From a virus, in IMG/VR virus record IMGVR_UViG_3300045971_000356, positions 64,001 to 128,000 of that record: DNA of 64,000 nt. The stretch is one strand, 5' to 3'. Numbering within the stretch: the stretch's first letter is position 1; every line of letters starts with the position of its first letter. Positions 48,121 through 57,571 of the stretch are shown in pieces. The translations under genes and the position numbers were made by a program. The notes under the pieces are model-generated. The model worked only from the letters and a program-made list of their open reading frames with translations, had not been told where the DNA came from and searched no databases.

Positions 48121-48809
48121 TGACAGAAGTATATGTTCGTAAAATGGCATCTATTCAAAAGATTGCCGAAGTAAAGGCTATTCCTGATGCAGATAAAATC
48201 TGTGCCTACCGTGTCAACGGGTGGTGGATTGTTGACCAAGTCGGCAAGTACGTCGTGGGCGATCTCGTTGTGTACGCAGAACCAGATTCATTCATCCCGG
48301 CCACACTTGCACCTTTCTTGACAAAGCCAGGGCATTTTCCCAAGACGTATCTTAGTGTTGAAGGTGAAAAACTTCGAACTATCCGTCTGCGCAAGCAATT
48401 GTCTCAGGGACTGTTGCTGCCGCTAAATGTTGTGTTTGATGCCATGACGATGGAGCAGCGTTTGATTGCTGGCTCTGACGAGCTGATTGAAGGTACTGAT
48501 GTATCTGAAACACTGAATATCGTAAAGTGGGAAGCACCACCTGAGTTTACCTCTGCTGATGCTCGTGGATCATTTCCATCGTTCATCATCAAGACTGACC
48601 AAGAACGTGTGCAAAATTGTTTCGCCGATATGGAAGAACATTTTGAGCACCAAACATGGGAAGTTACAGAGAAGTGCGAAGGCTCTTCAATGACTGTGTA
48701 TTTCCGAGATGGTGATTTTGGTGTCTGCAGCAGAAATTTAAATTTACTTGGAACTAAGTTTTTGCCATTTTCTTTTGATGATGAGCAAGTTGAAGATAAG
48801 ACTGTCTAG
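48117..48809 (+). CDS. RNA ligase (DRB0094/Rnl5-like), N-terminal fragment
   Basis: RKMASIQ, IPDADKI, SQGLL, KTDQERVQN, motif I TEKCEGSS and GVCSRN. Confidence 0.85.
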   Translation: MMTEVYVRKMASIQKIAEVKAIPDADKICAYRVNGWWIVDQVGKYVVGDLVVYAEPDSFIPATLAPFLTKPGHFPKTYLSVEGEKLRTIRLRKQLSQGLLLPLNVVFDAMTMEQRLIAGSDELIEGTDVSETLNIVKWEAPPEFTSADARGSFPSFIIKTDQERVQNCFADMEEHFEHQTWEVTEKCEGSSMTVYFRDGDFGVCSRNLNLLGTKFLPFSFDDEQVEDKTV

Positions 48810-49563
48810 TCCGATTTAAATGATTGACTGTCATTACCTTTCGGTCGGATAGTCTACTACACAATAATTTGGCTGGGACGTTGGTTTTCTTATTGTTAAC
48901 CCAACGATTGAACTCCATAAGTCTCATCACCTTTTTATCTATTAGTCTAGAAACATAAGTGATGTGCTTAGTTACACAGGCAAGTTTAGCGGATTTTGAT
49001 TGAAGCTTTTTAGTTTCTGTTGATCTTTTACTACCATAATTTATACCCACATAGTTAGAAAGAGTTGGGTCATCTTTATGAATTCTAAAACAAATACCTG
49101 TTTTATTATCCTTTACTGTAATCCAATTCTTTTGACTATTTGATATATTTTTCTTGTGAGATTCACTAATGCATTTTCCAGTTTGGAAAGATACTAACTC
49201 TCCAGAAATATAACGAGGATCATTAACAGATACCCTAAACATAACACCAGTAGAATCTTTTACTACAACTAGATTTTTATTTGTGGGAGGATTTCCACCA
49301 AAAGATTTATTTAGTAATAATGGATGTCCCCAATGTTCTTTAATAAGATTTTGTTCAAAGTCGTTTGCATCTTGTGATTCATAAAATACCGCTAAAATTT
49401 CATAATTATAATTGTCAAAATTTGGTTTTACAATTTTAGATGATGTCTTGTAAACAATTCCCAAATCAAATTCTGCTGGTACTTTATTTGCTTTCCTAAA
49501 ACCAAAATAAAATTCCGATGTTGTTTTATGAGTACACTTGTATACGTAGGGATAAATATTCAT
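48754..49563 (-). CDS. GIY-YIG-type homing endonuclease inserted within the RNA ligase gene
   Basis: MNIYPYVY...FYFGFR, YKTSS, FEQNLI and LLN; start reassigned to 49563 from SD and leader motif. Confidence 0.82.
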   Translation of the reverse strand: MNIYPYVYKCTHKTTSEFYFGFRKANKVPAEFDLGIVYKTSSKIVKPNFDNYNYEILAVFYESQDANDFEQNLIKEHWGHPLLLNKSFGGNPPTNKNLVVVKDSTGVMFRVSVNDPRYISGELVSFQTGKCISESHKKNISNSQKNWITVKDNKTGICFRIHKDDPTLSNYVGINYGSKRSTETKKLQSKSAKLACVTKHITYVSRLIDKKVMRLMEFNRWVNNKKTNVPAKLLCSRLSDRKVMTVNHLNRTRQSYLQLAHHQKKMAKT

Positions 49564-49617
49564 GCTGGCATTCCTTTCAATGTTAGAGTTCATGGGTGTT
49601 CCACCACCGCGATGAAC
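49564..49617 (-). ncRNA. Candidate structured leader RNA of GIY-YIG gene (copy 2)
   Basis: GUUCAU-cgc-GGUG-loop-CACC-c-AUGAAC-UCUAAC-AUU-gaaagg-AAU-gccagc-AUG. Confidence 0.7.
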
Positions 49618-49624
49618 ATTTTTA

Positions 49625-49653
49625 TTGACACATATTAAACAATGTGTTATAAT
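49625..49653 (+). promoter_or_regulatory. Sigma70 promoter for the RNA ligase C-terminal fragment
   Basis: TTGACA-17-TATAAT. Confidence 0.8.
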
Positions 49654-49686
49654 ATATTTATCATATTTAATGGAAGTTTGGAAATT

Positions 49687-50244
49687 ATGATTGAAATTAT
49701 TTCAAAAGATCAATTAGCAACATTACACATTGGTGACAAATTCATATATCGAGGAGCTGAGTATGTTGCTCAGTCGGAACCATACGAAAAGAATGGTCAA
49801 ATTGGTGTAGATGTAGATACAGACAATACGTTCTGGAAGATGGCACTTGAACTTGGTTTGAGGGAAAAGTTGACTAATGAAGGGTTAAACATTGCTATTC
49901 AAGGTGAACTATGTGGCCCTGGTATTCAAGGTAACATTTATAACTTGAGCAAGCACATGTTCTTTGTGTTTGATATTTTTGATATTGATCGTTTTGAATA
50001 TATTGTACCAAAATTGCGTAGAGATATCACTAAGGCTTTTGGGTTAACTGATGCACCTGTGCTTGAATGTGAAGCAACATTGTCTGGTCAAACATGCGCG
50101 TCACTGCTAAATAAGGCAGATGGGCACTCTGTGCTTGGGCTAATTGGGTGTGCTCGTGAAGGTCTTGTCTTCAAGGCAAATTCTGACAGGCGAATTTCAT
50201 TCAAAGCAGTTAGCAACAAATATTTAGAAAATATCAAAGATTAA
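49687..50244 (+). CDS. RNA ligase C-terminal fragment with an extra N-terminal segment of about 45 aa
   Basis: DNTFW, motif III QGELCGPGIQGN, FVFDI, motif IV REGLVFK and motif V SFKAVSNKYL. Confidence 0.85.
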   Translation: MIEIISKDQLATLHIGDKFIYRGAEYVAQSEPYEKNGQIGVDVDTDNTFWKMALELGLREKLTNEGLNIAIQGELCGPGIQGNIYNLSKHMFFVFDIFDIDRFEYIVPKLRRDITKAFGLTDAPVLECEATLSGQTCASLLNKADGHSVLGLIGCAREGLVFKANSDRRISFKAVSNKYLENIKD

Positions 50245-50741
50245 ATTAAGGAAATTAAATGAAAGAAAAATTTGTTAAACTTGTGATAATATGCGCTGTC
50301 GCCAGCGTCGGTGTTATTTTAGCTGACTTAGTATTGGTACTGAGTAGGGTATGAGTCTATTAGACTGGTTTTCAACGTACCGGCCGTTTGAGATGCCACT
50401 GGTTCCGCCAATGGCGGAACGATCTATGGTATATTATATACCACCTCCCAATACAACTTATACAACCATAGTATCAAAATATAAACCATTTTACTACTGT
50501 TCGAAGCCGTCTGTTAAACGGTGGAAACGATGAAACAATATAATGATGACGATGAAAAATTGCTAAGGACCGCAGTAAAGGCATTCATAATGTTTGCTTT
50601 TGTAGTTCTTTTTGCTATAATGTCAGTATGGATCATTGTGTTTGCTTTTGCTGTAAAAACAAGTGAGACCATTGAAAAAGACGGGTTAAAAGCCGTAGTT
50701 GAATCAGTTTGGTGTGGTAAAAATAAACAGTGCCTTAAATA

Positions 50742-51578
50742 ATGAAAAATCTTGTCCCATTTGAAGAAGTTGATGAATTAGAAAAGCTATTAGCCGATGC
50801 CGCCGCTCTGGACGAAGTCGAAACACCATCTTTGGTTTTATCTAAAGGCGGGTTCCTTACTTTTCATAATTGGGTATACGATGAAGCAGTAGGAAAAGGT
50901 GAGTATGTTGACGTTGATATAACTAACGACTGGCTACATAAGCGCGATAAAGACATTGTACTTGCTCCTGGTGTTACGCTCAATGACGTATTTTTATTCG
51001 TCTCTCGAGACGCAGAAATTTGGGACATTATCCTTACTAACTGCTATGTTAAAAAGTTTGTCGAGACTTGGAAAAAAATTGATCAAGCATCAATTAAATT
51101 TACACACGAGTACGATCCAGAAGCAATCGAATACTTAGAAGTTTATTGGGCGCCAGATTTGTTTACGTGGGCAGGCAAAACTAAAATTTCAGGTGTATCA
51201 CGTGCTGACTTGCATGGCAAAGGATTTGTGCTGCAAGATGACAAATACGAAGACGAAGAAAAAACTTACAAACTTTACTCCAAAGGCACCCGGATTCAAT
51301 GGGGTGTTGATTTTACACCACTGATAGATTTGCTTGGCTTGCCTATTCAACTTGACACACAATTTAAAATCCAGCAAGAATGGCAAAAATACATGAAGCT
51401 GGATGAAATTGCAACACTGCTTGATGCACATCGTGATTATAGTTTGCAAGAAGTGCTTGAAGGTATCTTTTGGGAACTAAGTTTTTACGGTGGTGAAGTT
51501 GAAAAACTTGAAAAACGCGATGAAGTGATGGCGATTAAAGATTCTATTGATTTTAAAAATTTAAGTATTGAGCCATGA
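50742..51578 (+). CDS. Hypothetical protein
   Basis: Long coupled ORF. Confidence 0.7.
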   Translation: MKNLVPFEEVDELEKLLADAAALDEVETPSLVLSKGGFLTFHNWVYDEAVGKGEYVDVDITNDWLHKRDKDIVLAPGVTLNDVFLFVSRDAEIWDIILTNCYVKKFVETWKKIDQASIKFTHEYDPEAIEYLEVYWAPDLFTWAGKTKISGVSRADLHGKGFVLQDDKYEDEEKTYKLYSKGTRIQWGVDFTPLIDLLGLPIQLDTQFKIQQEWQKYMKLDEIATLLDAHRDYSLQEVLEGIFWELSFYGGEVEKLEKRDEVMAIKDSIDFKNLSIEP

Positions 51579-52057
51579 AAGTTGGATTACGCCTTGGTAA
51601 ATGTGTTCTTGACATTGTCAAGGGTGACGTGTTAATTACAGACGTTCTTGTAATTGTCGCTAATTCACGGATAAATCCAAAAAATGATGAACAGTGGGCC
51701 AAGGTTTGGAACGTTTACAAAAATGAATCTAAAATTTGGGACGTTGGGATTCACGAAGAAGTTTTCAAGTACACTTTGCGCAGATTATTTGAACTTGGTA
51801 AACTGCATCAGCCAAAAACGTATGGTGGCAGAACTCATTCTTTTAAAGAACCTTGGGTTGATATAGTCCCAACTCTTAGAGATACAGCAATTCCAGAAAA
51901 TTTCAATATTCCAGGAAAACCGACGCCGAAACCGCTACCTAAATTAGGGTCAACAAGGCCTGCCACTCTTGCGGCAGAACAGCCAACGACAATGGCACCC
52001 ACAGTAATAGCATCGTTTCCAGAAATTGCAACAATAATGCCTGACATTATCTTGTGA
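51575..52057 (+). CDS. Hypothetical protein
   Basis: Coupled ORF; GKLHQP. Confidence 0.6.
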   Translation: MKVGLRLGKCVLDIVKGDVLITDVLVIVANSRINPKNDEQWAKVWNVYKNESKIWDVGIHEEVFKYTLRRLFELGKLHQPKTYGGRTHSFKEPWVDIVPTLRDTAIPENFNIPGKPTPKPLPKLGSTRPATLAAEQPTTMAPTVIASFPEIATIMPDIIL

Positions 52058-52120
52058 TTGTTACACAATAACAACATAAAAATACTTGACTTTTGGTCCA
52101 AATGCCGTTATAATAGCAGC

Positions 52121-52471
52121 ATGAAGACAAAAATGTTAGCACTTTCAGCAATTATTGTACTGTCCGGTTGCGCCACAAAGCAACGTATGGACATTAAAAT
52201 GCTGGAGAGATTGCCAGTCGATTGCGACCAAGCAGCAGCAGCACAACGATTTTTTGAACATCATTTGACGACGTCAGATGAGCGGATAACTGCCGTTTTT
52301 GACCGTAACTGGTACAATGCAGCATTTAGTCCTGAAAAATTGAGTCAGGGTAATCAAATACTCTCAAGGGAATACGATGCAGTGGCAAGAAATAAACTCG
52401 ATCAATTGCGCAACTGCCCAAGCGCATTGCCATACAATAATCCAGAACATCAATATTTGAAATCGCAATGA
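52121..52471 (+). CDS. Lipoprotein
   Basis: Lipobox LSGC; promoter TTGACT-17-TATAAT 6 nt upstream. Confidence 0.7.
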   Translation: MKTKMLALSAIIVLSGCATKQRMDIKMLERLPVDCDQAAAAQRFFEHHLTTSDERITAVFDRNWYNAAFSPEKLSQGNQILSREYDAVARNKLDQLRNCPSALPYNNPEHQYLKSQ

Positions 52472-53076
52472 AACTCTTTACATTAACTGCGATGGCAATG
52501 TTGGTTGGGTGCTCAAGCACACCTCCGGTGGTACATCGCCCAGTCGTAGAACGTGAACAAGTTTGCACTATGCGCTCTACTGCGCACACACAAATAACAC
52601 AAACTCTTGAAGATGTGGCAGACATTCGTCCCATGATAACAAGCGTTGGTAACAATGCATATAAATGCTCGATAACTGCTCGTGTACAATATAAGCAGGC
52701 GTGGTATAATGTGTACGGTGAAAACACAGATTCGTTGTCAGTATCACAAAATGATGTATGTCTTGCCGCCGTTAAAGATGCAATGGTTACATTTTTAGCA
52801 GGCAAAGAATCAACCACAGTCACAGCAGAGCAGCAGATGGTGTGTACTGATGAACCCGCTATTAAAACTCGCCCAGTTGAAAAGGGTGAGAGGATTAGGA
52901 TTAGTGAAGTTAAGCCGCATCCTGCAAAACCAACCTCGTTCCCATACAATGGAACTGAGTGCAAGATGTTTATTGAGCAAGGCGTTCGTAATAGCATGCT
53001 TTACGAATGGCAGGGTGTTGCATGTAAAACAGGTAGGAACGGTGGCGATGAATGGACCGTCCTTGATAAATTTTAA
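52468..53076 (+). CDS. Cys-rich lipoprotein
   Basis: Lipobox LVGC. Confidence 0.7.
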   Translation: MKLFTLTAMAMLVGCSSTPPVVHRPVVEREQVCTMRSTAHTQITQTLEDVADIRPMITSVGNNAYKCSITARVQYKQAWYNVYGENTDSLSVSQNDVCLAAVKDAMVTFLAGKESTTVTAEQQMVCTDEPAIKTRPVEKGERIRISEVKPHPAKPTSFPYNGTECKMFIEQGVRNSMLYEWQGVACKTGRNGGDEWTVLDKF

Positions 53077-53099
53077 CTTAAGAAAGTGTAGGCAGTAAA

Positions 53100-53609
53100 A
53101 TGAAACGCAGTATGACAGCCCTTGTGGCAGTAACTTTGATGGTAATCGCAGGCTGCTCGTCAGCCCCTAAAGCACCTGAACCAGTAATGGCAGCACCCAA
53201 AACGGTGATGTCAAACGTGCCTGATTGGTACGTCACGGTGCCCCCAGCACCTGCTGGCTATGTATTTGCAGCCGGAACAGCAGTAAGCCGCGATTTGTCC
53301 ATGAGCAAGGCAAAAGCACATTTGGACGCTGAAATTCAGCTTGCCAACAGGATTGCTGCGGAGGTAAGTACGATGATGAAAGATTATCGTCGTGACGCAG
53401 GCGATGATTTTGCCCAAGTAACTGAAATGGTTACAAATAAGGTGGCTTCCCGTGTTAAACTTGCTGCCAAAACGGACAAGACTATTATTATTTCCGAAGG
53501 CGGCGGGTTTCGCACGTATGTTTTGCTGCTTTCGTCAGATTTGAACGTAGCTGCACTACAGGCAGATAAGAATGCCGCAGAACGCGAGCTAGCAATGCGT
53601 ACGAACTAG
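53100..53609 (+). CDS. LPP20-like lipoprotein
   Basis: Lipobox IAGC; VPDWY and AAGTAVS...KA..DA...LA. Confidence 0.7.
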   Translation: MKRSMTALVAVTLMVIAGCSSAPKAPEPVMAAPKTVMSNVPDWYVTVPPAPAGYVFAAGTAVSRDLSMSKAKAHLDAEIQLANRIAAEVSTMMKDYRRDAGDDFAQVTEMVTNKVASRVKLAAKTDKTIIISEGGGFRTYVLLLSSDLNVAALQADKNAAERELAMRTN

Positions 53610-53626
53610 CATCCAGCCAAAATGAC

Positions 53627-53652
53627 AGAAAAGGGGCGAAAGCCCCTTTTCT
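53627..53652 (+). terminator. Intrinsic terminator (bidirectional form)
   Basis: AGAAAAGGGGC-gaaa-GCCCCTTTTCT. Confidence 0.85.
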
Positions 53653-53676
53653 TACGAGCTCGTATTCATAAATAAG

Positions 53677-54153
53677 TTGGTGCATGACAAAGAAACGCTA
53701 GTTAAACTGCTAAATACTCCGCTGCCAAGTAAACGGGTTCAACGCCGTGCCAATTATCGCCCAACAAAAGAGCAAATGGGGCTGATTTACGATATACTCA
53801 ATGATGTACTATTTGAGGGTAAACTCAAAAAACCCACGATTTACATGCGATCAATGAAATTTTGGGGGCTATGCTCTGTATACGATGCACCAAAAATCTT
53901 CTCCATTATTAGAATTAATAACGAATGTTTTTGCTTACATTGGTTTATCCTAATTTTAGCGCACGAAATGGTGCATCAGCATCAATGGGAGATAGATGGC
54001 CCAGAGATTACAAAGGCTGGCGGTGAAATAATGGTTGATCATAATGAGTCCTTTTTTAAGTTCACTGATAAGTTTATCGAGAATGGGCTTTCGTTAAAAG
54101 AAGCATACAGTAAACACGAGTGGATAAAGCACCAAGATCTTACTAAATTATAA
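53677..54153 (+). CDS. SprT-like metalloprotease
   Basis: N..LFEG.L, LAHEMVH and H...F. Confidence 0.75.
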   Translation: MVHDKETLVKLLNTPLPSKRVQRRANYRPTKEQMGLIYDILNDVLFEGKLKKPTIYMRSMKFWGLCSVYDAPKIFSIIRINNECFCLHWFILILAHEMVHQHQWEIDGPEITKAGGEIMVDHNESFFKFTDKFIENGLSLKEAYSKHEWIKHQDLTKL

Positions 54154-54195
54154 AGAAAACTGTGCAGCATAAATACTATAACAGGATTTTGAAAA

Positions 54196-54563
54196 TGCCA
54201 AACGACACTTCATTTATACGAGAACTGATCAATTTCATTGATCAACGGCTAGCTGCCCAAGAGCAAACTACTGCGGTTGGGAGTAACCCGGAAGACCAAA
54301 GTACCGACGTTGGCAATGCTAACCAATCTGGCGTGAACCCAATGGATCGCGACGATATTTTTGTCCCACCGTTGCAAGCTAAGTTAGAAATCATGAAGAA
54401 GCTGTCTGGCATCCCGCTTAAAGATGAAACGTTAAAACAATCACAAGAACAAGGCGGGCCAACACTCAGTGATGAGCAAGTCGTCGCGCCGTCTCAAGCA
54501 CAAGAGCTTAAAAAACATCTAACTATAGCAGATTTGTTCGGTAACGATGTAACAGGGGAATAG
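54196..54563 (+). CDS. Hypothetical late protein
   Basis: FVPPLQAKLEIMKK motif; start approximate. Confidence 0.55.
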
Positions 54564-54564
54564 C

Positions 54565-55296
54565 ATGGCGGGTGAAGGCTTTAACAACCCGAATACTACA
54601 CACGAGATTTTTAGTAGTCGTGTAAAAGTCCCAGCTACTGAATATGTTGGCCAGCAAGGTCGCTTATTTTATCACGAAGATACAGGTGAGTTGCGTATTA
54701 GTGACGGTGTAACACCACATGGTCACCCAATCTTCACACAAACTACATCCACTGGCAGCGTAACGCTATCATTATATGCTTCCAATGGAACACCAGCCAA
54801 CACTCCAATGGCAGTGGGAAATAACTCAACTGCGATGGGTGACGGTGCTATATCGTATGCTACTGGTAGTGTAACCCAATCGTCAGGCATATTTACTTCA
54901 TACGGTGATGCGCAAACTGGTAGTTATGTTTTTAGAACAGTCACAGTCAATAACTCATGGATGGAGATGTTTTTAGATGGCGTAACACAGAGGCTGATTA
55001 TTCCAGCAAATGCGACGGTATCGTTTACTGCTAAAATCATTGCTCGTAGAACAGATTCAGGTAATGAAGGCGGAATTTACGAGATTAAAGGTGGAGTTGA
55101 TAAAGGGCAATTCAACTCAAGCATTGCTCTTATTGGTAAAATCAACAAAACAGTAGTTTCAGAAGACAATCCAATCTGGGATGTCAATATAGATGTAGAC
55201 ACTACGACCGGAGCACTTCGAATCTGGGTTAAAGGTGAGAACGGCAAAACAATACGCTGGGTCGCACATTTAGAAACAGTCGAAGTTCGTGACTAA
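54565..55296 (+). CDS. Putative virion/fibre-associated protein
   Basis: YVG..GRLFY...LRISDGVT.HG N-terminal motif; beta-rich C-terminus. Confidence 0.6.
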   Translation: MAGEGFNNPNTTHEIFSSRVKVPATEYVGQQGRLFYHEDTGELRISDGVTPHGHPIFTQTTSTGSVTLSLYASNGTPANTPMAVGNNSTAMGDGAISYATGSVTQSSGIFTSYGDAQTGSYVFRTVTVNNSWMEMFLDGVTQRLIIPANATVSFTAKIIARRTDSGNEGGIYEIKGGVDKGQFNSSIALIGKINKTVVSEDNPIWDVNIDVDTTTGALRIWVKGENGKTIRWVAHLETVEVRD

Positions 55297-55314
55297 ACCG
55301 CACTATTTAAGTTT

Positions 55315-55340
55315 AAAGCCCTGGAATCGCAGGGCTTTTT
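55315..55340 (+). terminator. Intrinsic terminator
   Basis: AAAGCCCTG-gaatcg-CAGGGCTTTTT. Confidence 0.8.
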
Positions 55341-55381
55341 CATGATTATCTATATGTAAAGCGTTCACGATAAATAAGAAC

Positions 55382-57571
55382 ATGAGAGTAAAACACTTTA
55401 TCGCAGAACAGCAATTAGACGAGTTGGCAATGAACCCAACCTCCCTCCGCAGTGTCGCCGCAAAAATAGATGCCCGCGTTGGCATGGAGTTTGAAATGTA
55501 TGTGCCCGACACAAATGGCGGAGAAGGCGATAGTGATTACGATGAATGGGAACCAGATTACGAAATGGATGAGTCAGTGTCTGATTTTGCCGACATTATA
55601 GCATTCTTTAACAGCGGTGAATTTGCGGGCTCTTCTGGCCGTGCTTTAGGATTGTTTAAAGAGAAAATGGAGGAAGAATTTTTCGAATGGGTAGAAGAAC
55701 AAATACACGATAGTTGGCGCAAAGAAGGTCGTGATGCTATACGCGACTACATGGTAAACAACGATCTGTGGGACGAGGACGAGGCAATCACACTTGCGTT
55801 TGAGGAAATGGATCTCACAGACGACGAGAAAAATCGTGCTGAAAAAGTTGGAGCCCAGTTAAATGCCCGGAAATATAATCGCGTAAAAGGTGAAGTAAGT
55901 TATCGCGGTGATGATGAAAAAAATTGGGATGAAGCAGCCAAAAGAGCAGAAGATGCGTTTGAAGAACGGGTTGGTGAAGAGTGGCAAGGGGAAGGTGAAA
56001 TATCCGACGCTGCTTTTGAAGAATACCAAAGTGAGGAACGCGAGAACTATTCAGAGCAAGATTTTTTGCGTGACAAAGGAATAAGAACAGCACTTAACGC
56101 TTTTGAAGAATTTGAACCGCGTGATGTCAACTGGCCACACATGGTCAATGTTGGCGGTGGCGGAAATGGGTCGCAGAGCGCAGATGATGTGGCACGAGAT
56201 TTTGAAGAAATGATAGGTCGCCCAGTAATGTCAAGCGATAACTATCATGGAGTAAAGCGTAACGGTGTATCATACATTGTGGAGCCAGACTCAAGTTTAG
56301 ATGAGGCTAATAGCGGCGAGGATGCTGGGTTAGAGTTTGTATCCCCACCACTGCCTGTCAATGACATGCTGTCCGATTTAAAGAAAGTTAAAACATGGTG
56401 TGACGATAAGGGATGCTACACTAACAGCAGCACTGGGTTACATATAAACATTAGTGTGCCAGGGATGGATGAAGAAGGTAAGTTAGATTATGTGAAGTTA
56501 GCATTGCTCATGGGTGACAAGCATGTCATTGACCAGTTTGGTAGAGCAGGTAACACTTACGCAAAGTCCGCAATGGACATGATTAAAACTGCGGTTAGAA
56601 CTCGCCCTGAGTCCGCCGCAGCAATGCTTGACAAAATGAAGGGCGGACTTGACAAGTTAGCAAGTAAAATAATTCACACCGGTAAAACAGAAAAATACAC
56701 CAGCATCAACAACAAAGGAAACTACATAGAGTTTCGTAGTCCAGGCGATGACTGGCTTGGGAAATATTACAATCAGATTGAACCCACAGTGTTGCGTTTA
56801 GTTGTGGCGCTGGACGCAGCATGCGATCCAGAAAAATCTCGCCAAGAGTATCTTAAAAAGTTATACACTTTGCTAACACCATCGTCAAGCGCAGATCCAC
56901 TCGCATATTTCGCACAGTATGCGGCAGGGGAGATTCCTAAGGCTGCGTTACGCTCGTTCATCAAACAGGTTCAGTTGACACGAAAAACTAAGCGTGAAGA
57001 TGAAAAATTTGGCCCAGTGACAACTTGGACTGTCACTGACAATGTTTATGGGTATGTCAAGGGGGTCAAAGCACGGTCAGCAGCAGAGGCAATATCTGCT
57101 ACTAAACTTCTTTTAGGTGGAGATAGTGTGAATGCTCCGGATAGTCAGTTTACTGCGGTACAAAAAACACCGCAGCAAGCACCAGTGGACAATCTTGAAG
57201 GTAGGCCGTGGGCAAGATGGCGTATAAATGCTACTGCTGGCCGCACTATCCCAGTTTCTGCCAGGTCACATGCTGAGGCTATTCAACGGTGCGGTATACC
57301 AGAAGAACAAATAGTCAGTGTTGTCATTGACGATGGAAATTTAAGACCACCGCAGCAGGAACCTCAACGTAGAGAAGAGACCGACTTTGGCGAAGATGTT
57401 CCATGGGAAATATACGATAGAGCATCAGGTGAGCGAAGATTTGTATCGTTTATGTCACAAGCAAATAATGGTCAGTTGGCGGCAGCAAACGCAGTAGCAA
57501 TGTTAAACAACATAGCCACACCTGATGATCAGCGTCGTGGATTAGGTGTGCGTATGGTAGGTGGTGTGTAA
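55382..57571 (+). CDS. Putative amidoligase (COOH-NH2 ligase) with N-terminal tag and acidic insertion
   Basis: GMEFE, DSSL, LEFVSPPL, TNSSTGLHINIS, KY.SIN and IEFR. Confidence 0.8.
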   Translation: MRVKHFIAEQQLDELAMNPTSLRSVAAKIDARVGMEFEMYVPDTNGGEGDSDYDEWEPDYEMDESVSDFADIIAFFNSGEFAGSSGRALGLFKEKMEEEFFEWVEEQIHDSWRKEGRDAIRDYMVNNDLWDEDEAITLAFEEMDLTDDEKNRAEKVGAQLNARKYNRVKGEVSYRGDDEKNWDEAAKRAEDAFEERVGEEWQGEGEISDAAFEEYQSEERENYSEQDFLRDKGIRTALNAFEEFEPRDVNWPHMVNVGGGGNGSQSADDVARDFEEMIGRPVMSSDNYHGVKRNGVSYIVEPDSSLDEANSGEDAGLEFVSPPLPVNDMLSDLKKVKTWCDDKGCYTNSSTGLHINISVPGMDEEGKLDYVKLALLMGDKHVIDQFGRAGNTYAKSAMDMIKTAVRTRPESAAAMLDKMKGGLDKLASKIIHTGKTEKYTSINNKGNYIEFRSPGDDWLGKYYNQIEPTVLRLVVALDAACDPEKSRQEYLKKLYTLLTPSSSADPLAYFAQYAAGEIPKAALRSFIKQVQLTRKTKREDEKFGPVTTWTVTDNVYGYVKGVKARSAAEAISATKLLLGGDSVNAPDSQFTAVQKTPQQAPVDNLEGRPWARWRINATAGRTIPVSARSHAEAIQRCGIPEEQIVSVVIDDGNLRPPQQEPQRREETDFGEDVPWEIYDRASGERRFVSFMSQANNGQLAAANAVAMLNNIATPDDQRRGLGVRMVGGV

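Noticed and set aside
48740-49690. Group I intron or intein in the RNA ligase
   Set aside because: Almost all intervening DNA is endonuclease ORF, leader and promoters; no P7-like core or intein terminal residues are recognisable.
52326-52997. Long antisense ORFs (also 606-956, 16049-16582, 44056-44517 and similar)
   Set aside because: They are shadows of well-supported plus-strand genes and lack motifs and translation signals.
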